Of a stretch of 64,000 nt of DNA, positions 53,210-64,000 are shown piece after piece (position 1 is the stretch's first letter; each line of letters starts with the position of its first letter). Made by a program: the position numbers and the translations under genes. The stretch is from the NCBI GenBank assembly GCA_038087875.1, contig CM075994.1:6822001-6886000 (forward strand), read 5' to 3'. Source of the DNA: Malacoraja senta. Taxonomy: Eukaryota. The notes under the pieces were generated by a model. It made no database searches. It had not been told where the DNA came from and saw only the letters and a program-made list of their open reading frames with translations.

Positions 53210-53850
53210 GTGAGTTTCAGCGCTTGGTGGTGCAGCGGTAGAGTTGCTGCCTCACAGCGCCAGAGACCCGGGGTTCGATCCTGACCACGGGCTCTGTCTG
53301 TATGGAGTTTGCACGTTCTCCCCGTGATCTGCAAGGGTTTTCGCCGAGATCTTCAGTTTCCACCCACACTCTAAAGACGTACAGCTTTGCAGGTTAACCG
53401 GCTTTAGTTTTTTTTTTAATGTCCCTTGTGTGTGTAGGATAGTGTTAGTGTAGGAAGGAACTGCAGATGATGGTTTAAGCCTTCGTAGATAGGCACAACA
53501 TGCTGGAGTAACTCAGCTGAAAAGGCAAAATCTCTGGAGAGAAGGAACCAATCTGAAGAAGGGTCTCAACCCGAAACGTCACCCATTCCTTCTCTCCAGA
53601 GATGCTGCCTGTCCCGTTGAGTTACTCCAGCATTTTGTGTCCATCTAGGATAGCGTTAGTGTGCGGGGATCGCTGGTCGGTGTGGACTCGGTGGGCTGTA
53701 GGGCCTGTTTCCCCGCTGAATCTCAAAACAAAACTAAACTTGGCCCATCTAGCACAGGATCGAAGGGCCGAACGTTACGAATCCGAATTACGAATCCGAA
53801 TTACCACCTTTTCCAGAATTGGATCTGTCTGTCCGGAATAAAAGATATAT

Positions 53851-54130
53851 ACAAATTGCTGGAGTAACTCAGTGGGTCAGGCAGAATCTATGCAGATAGC
53901 CACAAAGTGCTGGAGTAACTCAGTGGGTCAGGCAGCATCTGTGGAGATAGCATCAAAGTGCTGGAGTAAATCAGCAGGTCGGGCAGAATCTATGCAGATA
54001 GCCACAAAGTGCTGGCATAATTCAGTGGGTCAGGCAGCATCTCTGGAAGTAGACACAAAGTGCTGGAGTAACTCAGTGGGAAGGGCAGCATCTCTGGAGG
54101 AAAGGAATAGGTGATGTTTCGGGTCGGGAC
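53851..54130. repeat. Tandem array of five ~51-bp units derived from the PLE terminal repeat
   Basis: Units ACAAAGTGCTGGAGTAACTCAGTGGGTCAGGCAG(A/C)ATCT... start at 53851, 53902, 53953, 54004 and 54055. Confidence 0.9.
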
Positions 54131-56124
54131 ACACGGAATAAACCCGGGCAAGACTCTCAATACCAACGCTGTTCCCACCGGTCGTTGTATAAATGGGACT
54201 GGAGTCCTTGATTAGTGCGGGTGTCAGGGGTTATGGGGGAGAAGGCAGGAGAATGGGGTTAGGAGGGAGAGATAGATCAGCCGTGATTGAATGACTCGAT
54301 GGGCTGAATGGCCTAATTCCGCTCCTATCACTTATGACCTAATGGAATGAGTACAATTCCCGACCGAAACATTGCCTAATAGATGCTGCCTGACCCGCCG
54401 AGTTCTCACAGCGAAACTATCCGTTTTGCTATAGATTTAAATTTCTGTAAAATCGATGCCAGCACCAATTTTCATTTGCTGAGCAAATGGGTGGAGATTA
54501 AATATCCCAACTCTCACTGATATCGTAGATTCAGCGCCACAGAACTGCCACACAGCGCCGGGGACCCGGTTCGATTCTGCCCTCAGGTGCTGTGTGCGTG
54601 TGTGTGTGTAGTTTGCAAGTTCTCCCTGTGACCTGCGTGGGTTTTCTTCAAAACCTACACACCGAGACACACACACGTACACATACACACACCGACCGAG
54701 GTCAGGATCGAACCCGGGTCTCTGGCGCCCTGAGGCAGCAACTCTACCGCTGCGCCGCAAGATAATATTTATTCCAGTTGGTGTTACACACTGAAACTGG
54801 AGAGTCGAGGACCACAGGTCTCAGCCTCAGAATTAAAGGACGTTCCTTCAGGGATGAGACGAGGAGGAATTTCTTTAGCCAGAGGGTGGCGAATCTGTGG
54901 ATTTTTTTTTGCCACAGAAGGCTGTGGAGGCCAAGTCAGTGAATATATTTAAGGCAGAGATGGAGATTTTTGATTAGTACGGGTGTCAGGGGTTATGGGG
55001 AGAAGGCAGGAGAATGGGGTTAGGAGAGATAGATCAGCCATGATTGAATGGTGGTAGACTTTGTGGGCTGAAGAGAGTGGTGAATCTCTGGAACTCTCTG
55101 CCACAGAGGGTAGTTGAGGCCAGTTCATTGGCTATATTTAAGAGGGAGTTAGATGTGGCCCTTGTGGCTAAGGGGATCAGGGGGTATGGAGAGAAGGCAG
55201 GTACGGGATACTGAGTTGGATGATCAGCCATGATCATATTGAATGGCGGTGCAGGCTCGAAGGGCCGAATGGCCTACTCCTGCACCTATTTTCTATGTAT
55301 CTATGTATCTATGAATGGCCTAATTCTGCTCCAATCACCTATGACCCTATGAACTTATGATCTATACTAGTCCCACGTGCCTGCGTTTGGCCCATATCCA
55401 TCTAAACCTGTCTTATCCATGTACCTGTCCAAATGTGCCTTAAACATTGCCTCAAATACCTCCTCCGGCAGCTCGTTCCATACACCCACCGCCCTTTGTT
55501 ATTCTAGAACTGCATCAGTAAAATGAATGTAAGACACAATAGACACAAAAAGCTCGAGTAACAACGCGAGAGGCAGCATATCTGGAGAGGAGGAATGGGT
55601 GACGTTTCGGGTCGAGACCCTTCTTTAGACACGTTTAAAGTATAAAACACGACCGCTGCATTGCGTGTACAGGCTGCTAATTCTGCCCCTTGAATTTATG
55701 AAATTATGAAATACGGGTCAGACAATGCATGTGTCTATCCTTCCCCCATCCGTCGCATCAGCTTCTCGTTTACACCCTACAAACAGCTAACAATGGCCTG
55801 TTTCCTTTATCATCGTTATTTTTTTGCATATCTTTCATACATTGTTCTTCAACTCTCCACATCATCGTCGACATTGAGCCACAGAGTGATACAGTGTGGA
55901 AATAGGCTCTTAAGCCCAATTTGCCCACACCGGCCAACATGTCTCAGCTACACTAGTCCCACCTGCCTGCGCATGGTCCATATCCCTCCAAACCTGTCAT
56001 TTCCATGTACCTGTCTAACTGTTTCTCAAATGTTAGGATAGTCCCAGCCTCAGCTACCCCCTCTGGCATTTGTTCCATACACCCACCACCCTTTGTGTGG
56101 AAAGGTTACCCCTCAGACTCCTAT

Positions 56125-56376
56125 GTTTAAGAAAGAACTGCAGATGCTGGAAAAAGCGAAGGTAGACAAAAATGCTGGAGAAACTCAGCGGGTGAGGCAG
56201 CATCTACGGAGCGAAGGAATATGTGTCGTTTCGGGTCGAGACCCTTCTTCAGACCCGAAAAGACACGTTTCGGGTCGAGACCAGTCTGAAGAAGGGTCTC
56301 GACCCGAAACGTCACCTATTCCTTCTCTCCATAGATGCTGCCTCACCCGCTGAGTTTCTCCAGCATTTTTTGTCTA
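56125..56376. mobile_element. Palindromic PLE terminal-repeat insertion with hammerhead-like cores
   Basis: Inverted arms 56159-56252 / 56286-56379. Direct repeat CCTCAGACTCCTAT at 56111-56124 and 56377-56390 within a CR1 fragment. Confidence 0.85.
56286..56313 (+). ncRNA. Minimal type-I hammerhead-ribozyme-like motif (representative of many copies)
   Basis: CTGAAGA-A-GGGT(CTCG)ACCC-GAAAC-GTC: CUGANGA box, helix II hairpin, GAAA box, palindromic ACGT, GUC triplet. Helix I is only 2-3 bp in these copies; activity is untested. Confidence 0.6.
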
Positions 56377-56606
56377 CCTCAGACTCCTATCAAATCTTTC
56401 CCCCTTCACCTTGAGCTTATGTCCTCTGGTTCTCGATTCCACTACTCTATTCTTCTCGTTTCCCGAATCCCTAAATAGTCTGAAGAACGGTCTCGACCCG
56501 AAACGTCACACATTCCTTCTCTCCAGCGACACTGCCTGCCCCGCTGAGTTACTCCAGCATTTTCGTGTCTATCCACGCTGAGACCATCCCCTGTCTCCAC
56601 CTGTAG

Positions 56607-56984
56607 CCTCGATGATACTGAGGGTGCACCAGGATCCTGTGAGAGGAAGCGCCGGTCAGTCCGTCACCCTGCCCGTGTCTTACACAGCGCCGGAGCCGGG
56701 TGGCTACTTGCGGATCACCTGGAGCAGAGACGGGAGAGATATAGTGACATACGGCGGACTGTGGAGGCGAAACCCGGGCGAGAATCGCAGATGCGGCCAG
56801 TGGATGATTGTTTCGGAAGAGTTTCAACGCCGGGCGATGCTTTTCCCTGCGAACGCCTCGCTGTTACTGAGAAATGTCCAAGCCAGCGACAGCGGCGTGT
56901 ACGAGCTGACCATCAGCCAGCGAACATGGGGAGCAAAGGGTCGATTAACCCTAACAGTGGTGCCCGACACGGAAAACAGGGCCG
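56607..56984 (+). CDS. Gene B Ig V-set domain exon (CD2/SLAM/CEACAM/HEPACAM-like N-domain without B-F disulfide)
   Basis: Acceptor CCCCTGTCTCCACCTGTAG|, donor GCCG|GTAACG, 378 nt, phase 1-1. Motifs GQSVTLPVSY (B), ITW (C), NASLLLRNVQASDSGVYELTI (E-F), LTLTV (G). Confidence 0.9.
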
Positions 56985-57847
56985 GTAACGTCTTATGTGT
57001 AGGACGCAACTGCAGATGCTGGTTTACATCGAAGATACATAAAAAAATAAAAAATAAATGTTCGGCACGGACTTGAAGGGCCGAGATGGCCTGTTTCCGT
57101 GCTGTTATGGTTATATGGTTATATGAGAAAGGATCTTATAAAAACATATAAAATTCTTAAAAGATTGGACAGGAGATAGGCTAGATGCAGCAAAAACGTT
57201 ATCCATGTTTGGGGAGCCCAGAACCAGGGGTCACAGTTTAAGAATAAGGGGTAGGCCATTTAGCACTGAGATGAGGAAAACCCTTTTCACCCAGAGAGTT
57301 GTGACTCTGTGGAATTCTCTTCCACAGAGGACAGTGGAGGCCAATTCACTGGATGTTTTCAAGAGAGAGTTAGATTTAGCTCTTATGGCTAAAGGAATCA
57401 AGGGATATGGGGGAAAAGCTGGAAAGGGGTACTGATTTTAGCTCCATCAGTAGACTCTCTCACCTGTGGAAACATCCTCTCCACATCCACTCTATCCAGG
57501 CCTTTCACTATTCTGTACGTTTCAATTAGGTGACCCCTCATCCTCTCACATTCCAGCAAGTACAGGCCCAGTGCCGACAAACTCTCATCAAAGGGGAACC
57601 TACGCATTCCTGGGATCATTCTTGCAAGAATAAGGGGTGGGCCATTCCCTCCCCAGAGCCAGCACATCCTTCCTCAGATATGGTCCTGACACGAAAAAAG
57701 AGGCATAGATGCTGCCTGACCCGTCGAGTTCCCCCAGCACTCTCTGTTTTGCTTTAGATTTTAAATTCTGTAAAATGGGTGCAAGCAACAATTTTCATTT
57801 GCACAGTCCTTATATGTTGTGACATTTTAAATGTATTTTTTTGCAAG

Positions 57848-57892
57848 GAAATATTACGCAAAATGAAGAGAGGCAATCATCGAGAGAACCAG
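57848..57892 (+). CDS. Gene B stalk exon
   Basis: Acceptor ATTTTTTTGCAAG|, donor CCAG|GTTAGT, 45 nt, phase 1-1. Reads (G)NITQNEERQSSREP with an N-glycosylation sequon. Confidence 0.7.
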
Positions 57893-59132
57893 GTTAGTGT
57901 TTGATATTGGTACAGTATTGGTTTATTATTGTCATGCATATAGATAAAAACTTTTCTTTAGACTTTAGAGATGCAGCGCGGAAACAAACCCTTCGGTCCA
58001 CCGAGTCGCACAGACCAGCGATCATCCCGTACATTAGCGCTACCCTACACACACGAGGGAGAATTTACTCTTATACCAAGCCAATTTACCTACAAACCTA
58101 TACGTCTTTGAGAGTGTGGGAGGAAACCGAAATTCTCGGAGAAAACCAGCGATCCCCGTACACCAGCACTATCCCACACACAATAGGGACAATTTACAAT
58201 TTACAGAAATCAATTAACCTACAAACTTGTACGTCTTTGGAGTGTGGGAGGAAACCGGATCACCCGGGGACAACTCATGCAGGTCACAGGGAGAGGGTGC
58301 AAACTCCACTCAGACAACACCCGTAGTCAGGATCGAACCCGGGTCTCTGGCAACACCTCTACCGCTGCGCCACTGTGCCGCCCTATGAAACAAAACATTG
58401 TAAAACTGTTGCACATTATTGTACACTATCCAGGCATGTTATACCAAGCAAGAGTGCAACAGGTAGTGCAAAAGAGGAAAAGTGATATGCACTGGAATTT
58501 AGATGGATGAATCTTATGGAAACATACATTTTTTAAGGGATTGGACAGGCTAGATGCGGGAAAACGGCTCCCGATGTTGGGGTAGTCCAACTCTTGGGGC
58601 TAGCGGAATCAAGGGATATGAGGAGAAGGCAGGAACGGGGTACTGATTGTGAATGATCAGCCATGATCACATTGAATGGCGGTGCTGGATCGAATGGACA
58701 AATGGCCTCCTCCTGCACCTATGGTCTAAGTATCTATGTAACCAGGGGTCACAGTTTAAGAATAAGGGGTAGGCCATTTAGGACTGAGTTGAGGAAAAGA
58801 GAGTTGTGAATCTGTGGAATTCTCCACCAAAGAAAGCAGTGGAGGCCAATTAACTGGATGTTTTCCAGAGAGAGTTAGATTTAGTTCTTAGGGCTAACGG
58901 AATCAAGGGATATGGGAAAAAATCTGGACCGGGGTACTGATTTTAGATGATCAGCCATGATCATGGTGAATGGCGGTGCTGGCTCGAAGGGCCAAATGGC
59001 CTACCCTGCACCTATTTTTCTATGTTTCTATATCTCCCCCTATATCTCAGACCCTCTAGTCTAGACAACATCCTCGTAAATTTTCTCTGTACACTTTCCA
59101 GCTTGATGACATCTTTCCCATAGCATGGTGCC

Positions 59133-59332
59133 NNNNNNNNNNNNNNNNNNNNNNNNNNNNNNNNNNNNNNNNNNNNNNNNNNNNNNNNNNNNNNNNNNNN
59201 NNNNNNNNNNNNNNNNNNNNNNNNNNNNNNNNNNNNNNNNNNNNNNNNNNNNNNNNNNNNNNNNNNNNNNNNNNNNNNNNNNNNNNNNNNNNNNNNNNNN
59301 NNNNNNNNNNNNNNNNNNNNNNNNNNNNNNNN
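59133..59332. other. Assembly gap (200 N)
   Basis: Run of N characters. Confidence 1.
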
Positions 59333-59407
59333 TTGAAGTCAATATTCAGTACATTAGCCTTGTTCTTGTTCTTTTCTTCATGCTTTTCATTGTGAGAAGA
59401 CACAGAG
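59333..59407 (+). CDS. 3' part of a transmembrane exon (probably gene B), 5' end lost in the gap
   Basis: EVNIQYISLVLVLFFMLFIVRRHR then donor AGAG|GTAAGC (phase 1): a hydrophobic run followed by basic stop-transfer residues. Confidence 0.65.
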
Positions 59408-60889
59408 GTAAGCAGTGATGTTTGGGCACAGTCCTGACTCCTTCAGTGTGATGTTCCTGTTATGCATAACTTTAAGCAATGCTATTAGTACCCAATGTAC
59501 CCCAATAACACATGTGGCGGCACGGTGGTGCAGCGGGTGGAGCTGCTGCCTCACAGCGCCGGAGACCCGGGTTCGATCCTGGCCGCGGCTGCGGTGTGTG
59601 TGCACTTTACACGTTCTCCCCGCGACGATGTGGGTTTCCCCCCACATCCCAAAGATGTGCAGGTTTGTTAATCGGCCCTCTGCAAATTGGCCTCGAGTCC
59701 GTAGGAAGTGGATGAGAAAGTGGGATAACGTAGAACATAGAATAGTAGCAGCAGAATTAAAGGACATACCTTTAGGAAGGGAATGAGGAGGAATGTCTTT
59801 AACCTGAGGGCGGTAAATCTGTGGAATTCATTGCCATAGAAGGCTGTGGAGGCCAAGTCAATGGATATATTTAAGGCAGAGATAGATAGATTCTTAATTA
59901 GTACGGGTGTCAGAGTTATGGGGAAAAGGCAGGAGAATGGGGTCGAAAGGGAAAGATAGATGATCTATTAGATCAGCCTTGATTGAATGGCGGAGTAGAC
60001 TTGATGGGCCGAATAGTCTAATTCTGCTGCTATTACTTATGACTTTATGATCGACACTAGTCCCACCTGCCTGCATTTGGCCCATATCCCTCTAAATCTG
60101 TCCTATCCATGTGCCTGTCTAAATGTTTCTTAAACGTTGCAATGGTCCCTGCCTCAACTACCTGCTCCGGGAACTCGTTCAATATCCTTTGTTATTGTAG
60201 AAATGCATGTAAAATCAGTAAAATGCATGTAAAACACGATTTATCTGCTTTGTGTTCAGTGGCTTGTTAAACTGCTGCAAGTTAGAATGTCATTGTTCCA
60301 TTGTCTGCACACATACGTCTTGACCTTTGACGGTCTGTAACATTGAGAGTGCAGTAGAGCGTGCTTGACATGGAGCTGTAGTCATCTTGTAATAGTGGGG
60401 GGAGAACAAAGGAGGACCCGGCCTGGGGGGACCATGAGCAATTTTGGGCCCCATATCTGAGGAAGGATGTGCTGGCTCTAGAGAGGGTCCAGATGAAGTT
60501 TACAAGAATGATCCCAGGAATTAGTGGGTTAACCTACGATGAGCGTTTGTCGGCACTGGGCCTGTACTCGCTGGAGTTGACAATAATGAGGGGGGTGGGG
60601 GGGGACCACATTGAAACGTTACGAATAGTGAAAGGTTTGGATAAAGTGATTGGGGAGAGGATGGTTCCACTCGTGGGAGAGTCAAGGACTTGAGGTCACA
60701 GGCTCAGTATTAAAGGGCATTCTGTTAGGAAGGAGATGAGACGGAATTTCTTTTGTCACAGGGTGGTGAATCTGTGCAATTCATTGGACCCGGCGTGAGG
60801 GAGGGGGGCAGAACACAGGAGGACCCCACGCGGGATACTTTATAACTTTGTCGATGCCCTTTACGTGGTGACTCTTTGCATACAAAGTT

Positions 60890-61455
60890 TGACACAAAAT
60901 ACTGGCATAACTCAGCGGGACAGGCAGCATCTCTGGGAAGGAGTGGGTGACGTTCCGGGTCGAGATCCTTCTTCAGACTGGTTAGGGGTAAGGGAAACGC
61001 GAGATACAGGCGGTGATGTAGAGAGATAAAGAACAATGAATAAAAGATGTGCAAAAAAGTAACGATGATAAAGGAAACAGGCCATTGCTAGCTGTTTTTA
61101 GGGTAAAAATGAGAAGCTGGTGTGACTTGGGTGGGGGAGGGATAGAGAGAGAGGGAATGCCGGGGCTACCTGAAGTGAGAGAAGTCAATGTTCATACCAC
61201 TGGGCTGTAAGCTGCCCAAGCGAAATATGAGATGCTGTTCCTCCAATTTGCGTTTAACCTCACTCTGACAATGGAGGAGACCGAGGACACAAAGGTCAGT
61301 GTGGGAATGGGAAGGGGAATTAAAGTGTTTGGCAACCGGGAGATCACGTAGGTCCAGGTGGACTGAGCGAAGGTGTTCAGCGAAACGATCGCCCAGTCTA
61401 TGTTTGGTCTCGACGATGTATAAAAGTCCGCATCTTGAACAACGGATACAGAAGA
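60890..61455 (-). mobile_element. Penelope-like element 3' part (GIY-YIG) with terminal repeat
   Basis: ORF 61166..61744 distal part: IFCIRCSRCGLLYIVETKHRLGDRFAEHLRSV...LGSLQPSGMNIDFSHFR-stop. Repeat at 60890-60980. Confidence 0.85.
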
Positions 61456-61671
61456 TAGTGAGACTGACCGTTAACAAGTTTTTTTCCGGATTAGTTTGTA
61501 GGTGAGTTCGGGGACTGAGAGTGGATTGTTCCCTCAGCGAGAAAGGGTAAGTGAGACATTCACAGTCAATGGATTCTTTTAACCTGTTTGGCTGTTTGAA
61601 TTTGAAAGTGCTATTTCCAAACCCTCTGCTTTCCCCGCTTCCGCAAGTCACCGGAGCAGAGTTAGGCCTTT

Positions 61672-63960
61672 CGGTCCAGCAGGAAGTGAAGAAAGCTAAT
61701 GGCATGTTGGCCTTCATAACAAGAGGAGTTGAGTATAGGAGCAAAGAGGCCCTTCTGCAGTTGTACAGGTACTAGTGAGACCACACCTGGAGTATTGTGT
61801 GCAGTTTTGGTCTCCTAATTTGAGGAAGGGCATTCTTGCTATTATGGGAGTGTAGCGTAGGTTTACAAGGTTAATTCCCAGGATGGCGGGACTGTCATAT
61901 GTTGATAAAATGGAACGGCTGGGCTTGTATACTCTGGAATTTAGAAGGATGAGAGGAGATCTTATTGAAACATATAAGATTATTAAGGGTTTGGACACAC
62001 TGGAGGCAGGAAACATGTTCCCGTTGTTGGGGGAGGCCAGAACCAGGGGCCACAGTTTAAGAATAAGGAGTAGGTAATTTAGAACGGAGATGAGCAACAT
62101 CTTTTTCACCCGGAGGGTTGTGAATTTGTGGAATTCTCTGCCTCAGAAGGCTGTGGAGGCCAATTCACTGAATGCATTCAAGAGAGAGTTAGATAGAGCT
62201 CTAAAAGATAGCGGAGTCTGTGGATATGGGGAGAAGGCAGGGACGGGGTACTGATTGTGGATGATCAGCCATGATCAGAGTGAATGGTGCTGCTGGCTCG
62301 CAGGGCTGAATGGGCTAGTCCGGCACCTATTGTCTATTGTCTATTGTCTAGGTCTACTCCGCCGTTCAATAATGGCTGATCTATCTCTCCCTGTCAACCC
62401 CATTCTCCTGCCTTCTCCCCATAACTTTTGACACCCTTCCTAATGGAACCTGTAAACCTCTGCTTTAAAAATACCCGCACTTGGCCAATAACTCTCTGAA
62501 ACTATCCTATCTACATATAGTACCTGTCCAAAAGTCTCTTATATGTCATGATAGTACCTGCCTCAACTATTTCCTCTGGCAGTTCGTTCCTTACACTCAC
62601 CTGCTTTTGTTACCCCTCAGGGTCCTATTAAATCTTTCCCCCCTCATCTTACCCAATGTCCTCTGATTCTGGTTTCACCATACTCTGGGAAAGAGACTTT
62701 GTGCGTCTACCCAATCTATTCCTCTCATGATTTTATACCTCAAATCACCCCTCCTCTTCCTGCGCTCCAAGGAATAGAGTCCCAGCCTACTCAACCTCTC
62801 CCTGTAGCACAGGTCCTCTAGTCCTGGCAACATCCTCGTAAATCTTCTCCAAACCCTTTCAAGATTGACAATATCTTTCCTATAACATGGTGCCCAGAAT
62901 TGAACACAATATTCTAAATGCGGTCTCACCAACGTCTTATACAACTGCAACATGACCTCCCTATTTCTATACTCAAAACTCTGACTAATGAAGGTCAATG
63001 TGCCAAAAGCCATTTTGACCACCTTATCTACCTGTGACTCGACCTTCAAAGAACATGCACCTGCACTCATAGATCCCTCTGCTCTACAACACTCTCCAGA
63101 AACCTACCATTCTCTGTGTAGGTCCTGTCTCTGTGAGACTTCCAAAAAATGCAACATCCCACATTTCTGTGTATAAGATCACCTCTCATCCTCCTGTGCT
63201 ACAAGGAATAGAGTCCCAGCCTGCCCCAAACTCTCCCCGTTGTGCAGGCCCACATCCTGGCAACATCCCCATAAATTTTCTCTGCATCCTTTCCAACTTG
63301 TCCCCTCATCCTCCTGTGCTCCAAAACACCTTAAACTGAATAATCAGGGCCAGCTTAACAATTTCATAACTTCTCACCAGCAATACGACTTCAAGTTTTC
63401 ACAAGAAATGCACATTTACCGGAGATGTCTGGAATGGACGTGTTTACGTTTTGAAGATTTAAGAGGTTAACGAGAACAATCCCAGGAATGCGTGGGTTAA
63501 CATATGATGAGCGTTTGACAGCTCTGGGCCTGCACTCGCTAGAGTTTAGAAGAATGAGGGGGAACCTCATTAAAACGTACTAAATAGTGAAAGGCCTGGA
63601 TAGAGTGGATATGGAGAGGATGTTTCCACTGGTGGGAGAGTCTAGGACCAGAGGTCACAGCCTAAGAATAAAAGGACGTACATTAGAAAGGAGATGAGGA
63701 GGCATTTCTTTAGTCAGAGGGTGGTGAATCTATGGAATTCATTGCCACAGAAGGCTGTGGATAGATGTGGAGACCAAGTCAATTAATATTTTTAAGGCAT
63801 GGATAGATAGATAGATTCTTGATTAGTACAGGTGTCAGGGATTATGATGAGAAGGCAGGAGAATGGGTTTAGGAGGGAAAGATAGATCAGCCATGATTGA
63901 ATGGCGGAGTAGATTTGATTGTCCGAATGGCCTAATTCTGCTCCTATCACGTGTGAACAT
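61672..63960. mobile_element. Cluster of CR1 3' fragments (61672-62350 +, ~62480-63320 -, 63460-63960 +)
   Basis: VKKANGMLAFI...LVRPHLEYCVQFW...RGDLIETYK peptides and CR1 3'UTR / CTATTGT tails. Confidence 0.85.
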
Positions 63961-64000
63961 GAAGATTTGAATAGTATCTCTGTTTAGGAATTATGGTGCT

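Noticed and set aside
53851..54130. CRISPR-like regularly spaced repeats
   Set aside because: Eukaryotic context, no unique spacers and no cas genes; the whole unit derives from the PLE repeat.
56478..57040. Idea that the V exon was inverted between two halves of one PLE repeat
   Set aside because: The flanking pieces overlap in the consensus rather than abutting precisely, so independent insertions explain them.
63381..63470. Exon candidate after ACTTCTCACCAG in a unique island
   Set aside because: All three frames are open for 20-30 codons and no phase link to gene B could be established.

Overview
Eukaryotic, repeat-saturated genomic DNA. The repeat complement (HE1/V-SINE-like tRNA SINEs, HER1/CR1 LINEs, Penelope-like repeats) points to a cartilaginous fish, probably a skate or ray (inference). 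Most of the window is fragments of CR1, L2 and Rex1 LINEs, SINEs and Penelope-like elements (PLE). It also holds one near-intact Tc1 (DD34E) transposon, non-autonomous hAT and Harbinger-like elements, microsatellites, and a ~9 kb tandem duplication (33848-43116 vs 44468-52459) whose copies differ by independent insertions. Two spliced + strand host genes are mostly missed by the ORF track. (1) The 3' half of a single-pass membrane protein (TM exon 851-955, then small exons at 12220, 17509 and 21405). (2) An Ig-superfamily receptor with a leader exon (53143), a V-set exon lacking the canonical disulfide (56607-56984), a stalk exon (57848) and a TM exon cut by a 200-N gap. The most striking hidden structure is the abundant PLE terminal repeat. 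It carries a minimal hammerhead-ribozyme-like core (CTGAAGA-stem-GAAACGTC) and is often inserted as ~200-250 bp palindromes, two of them with 14-17 bp target-site duplications. All calls were made by eye; no database searches were run.
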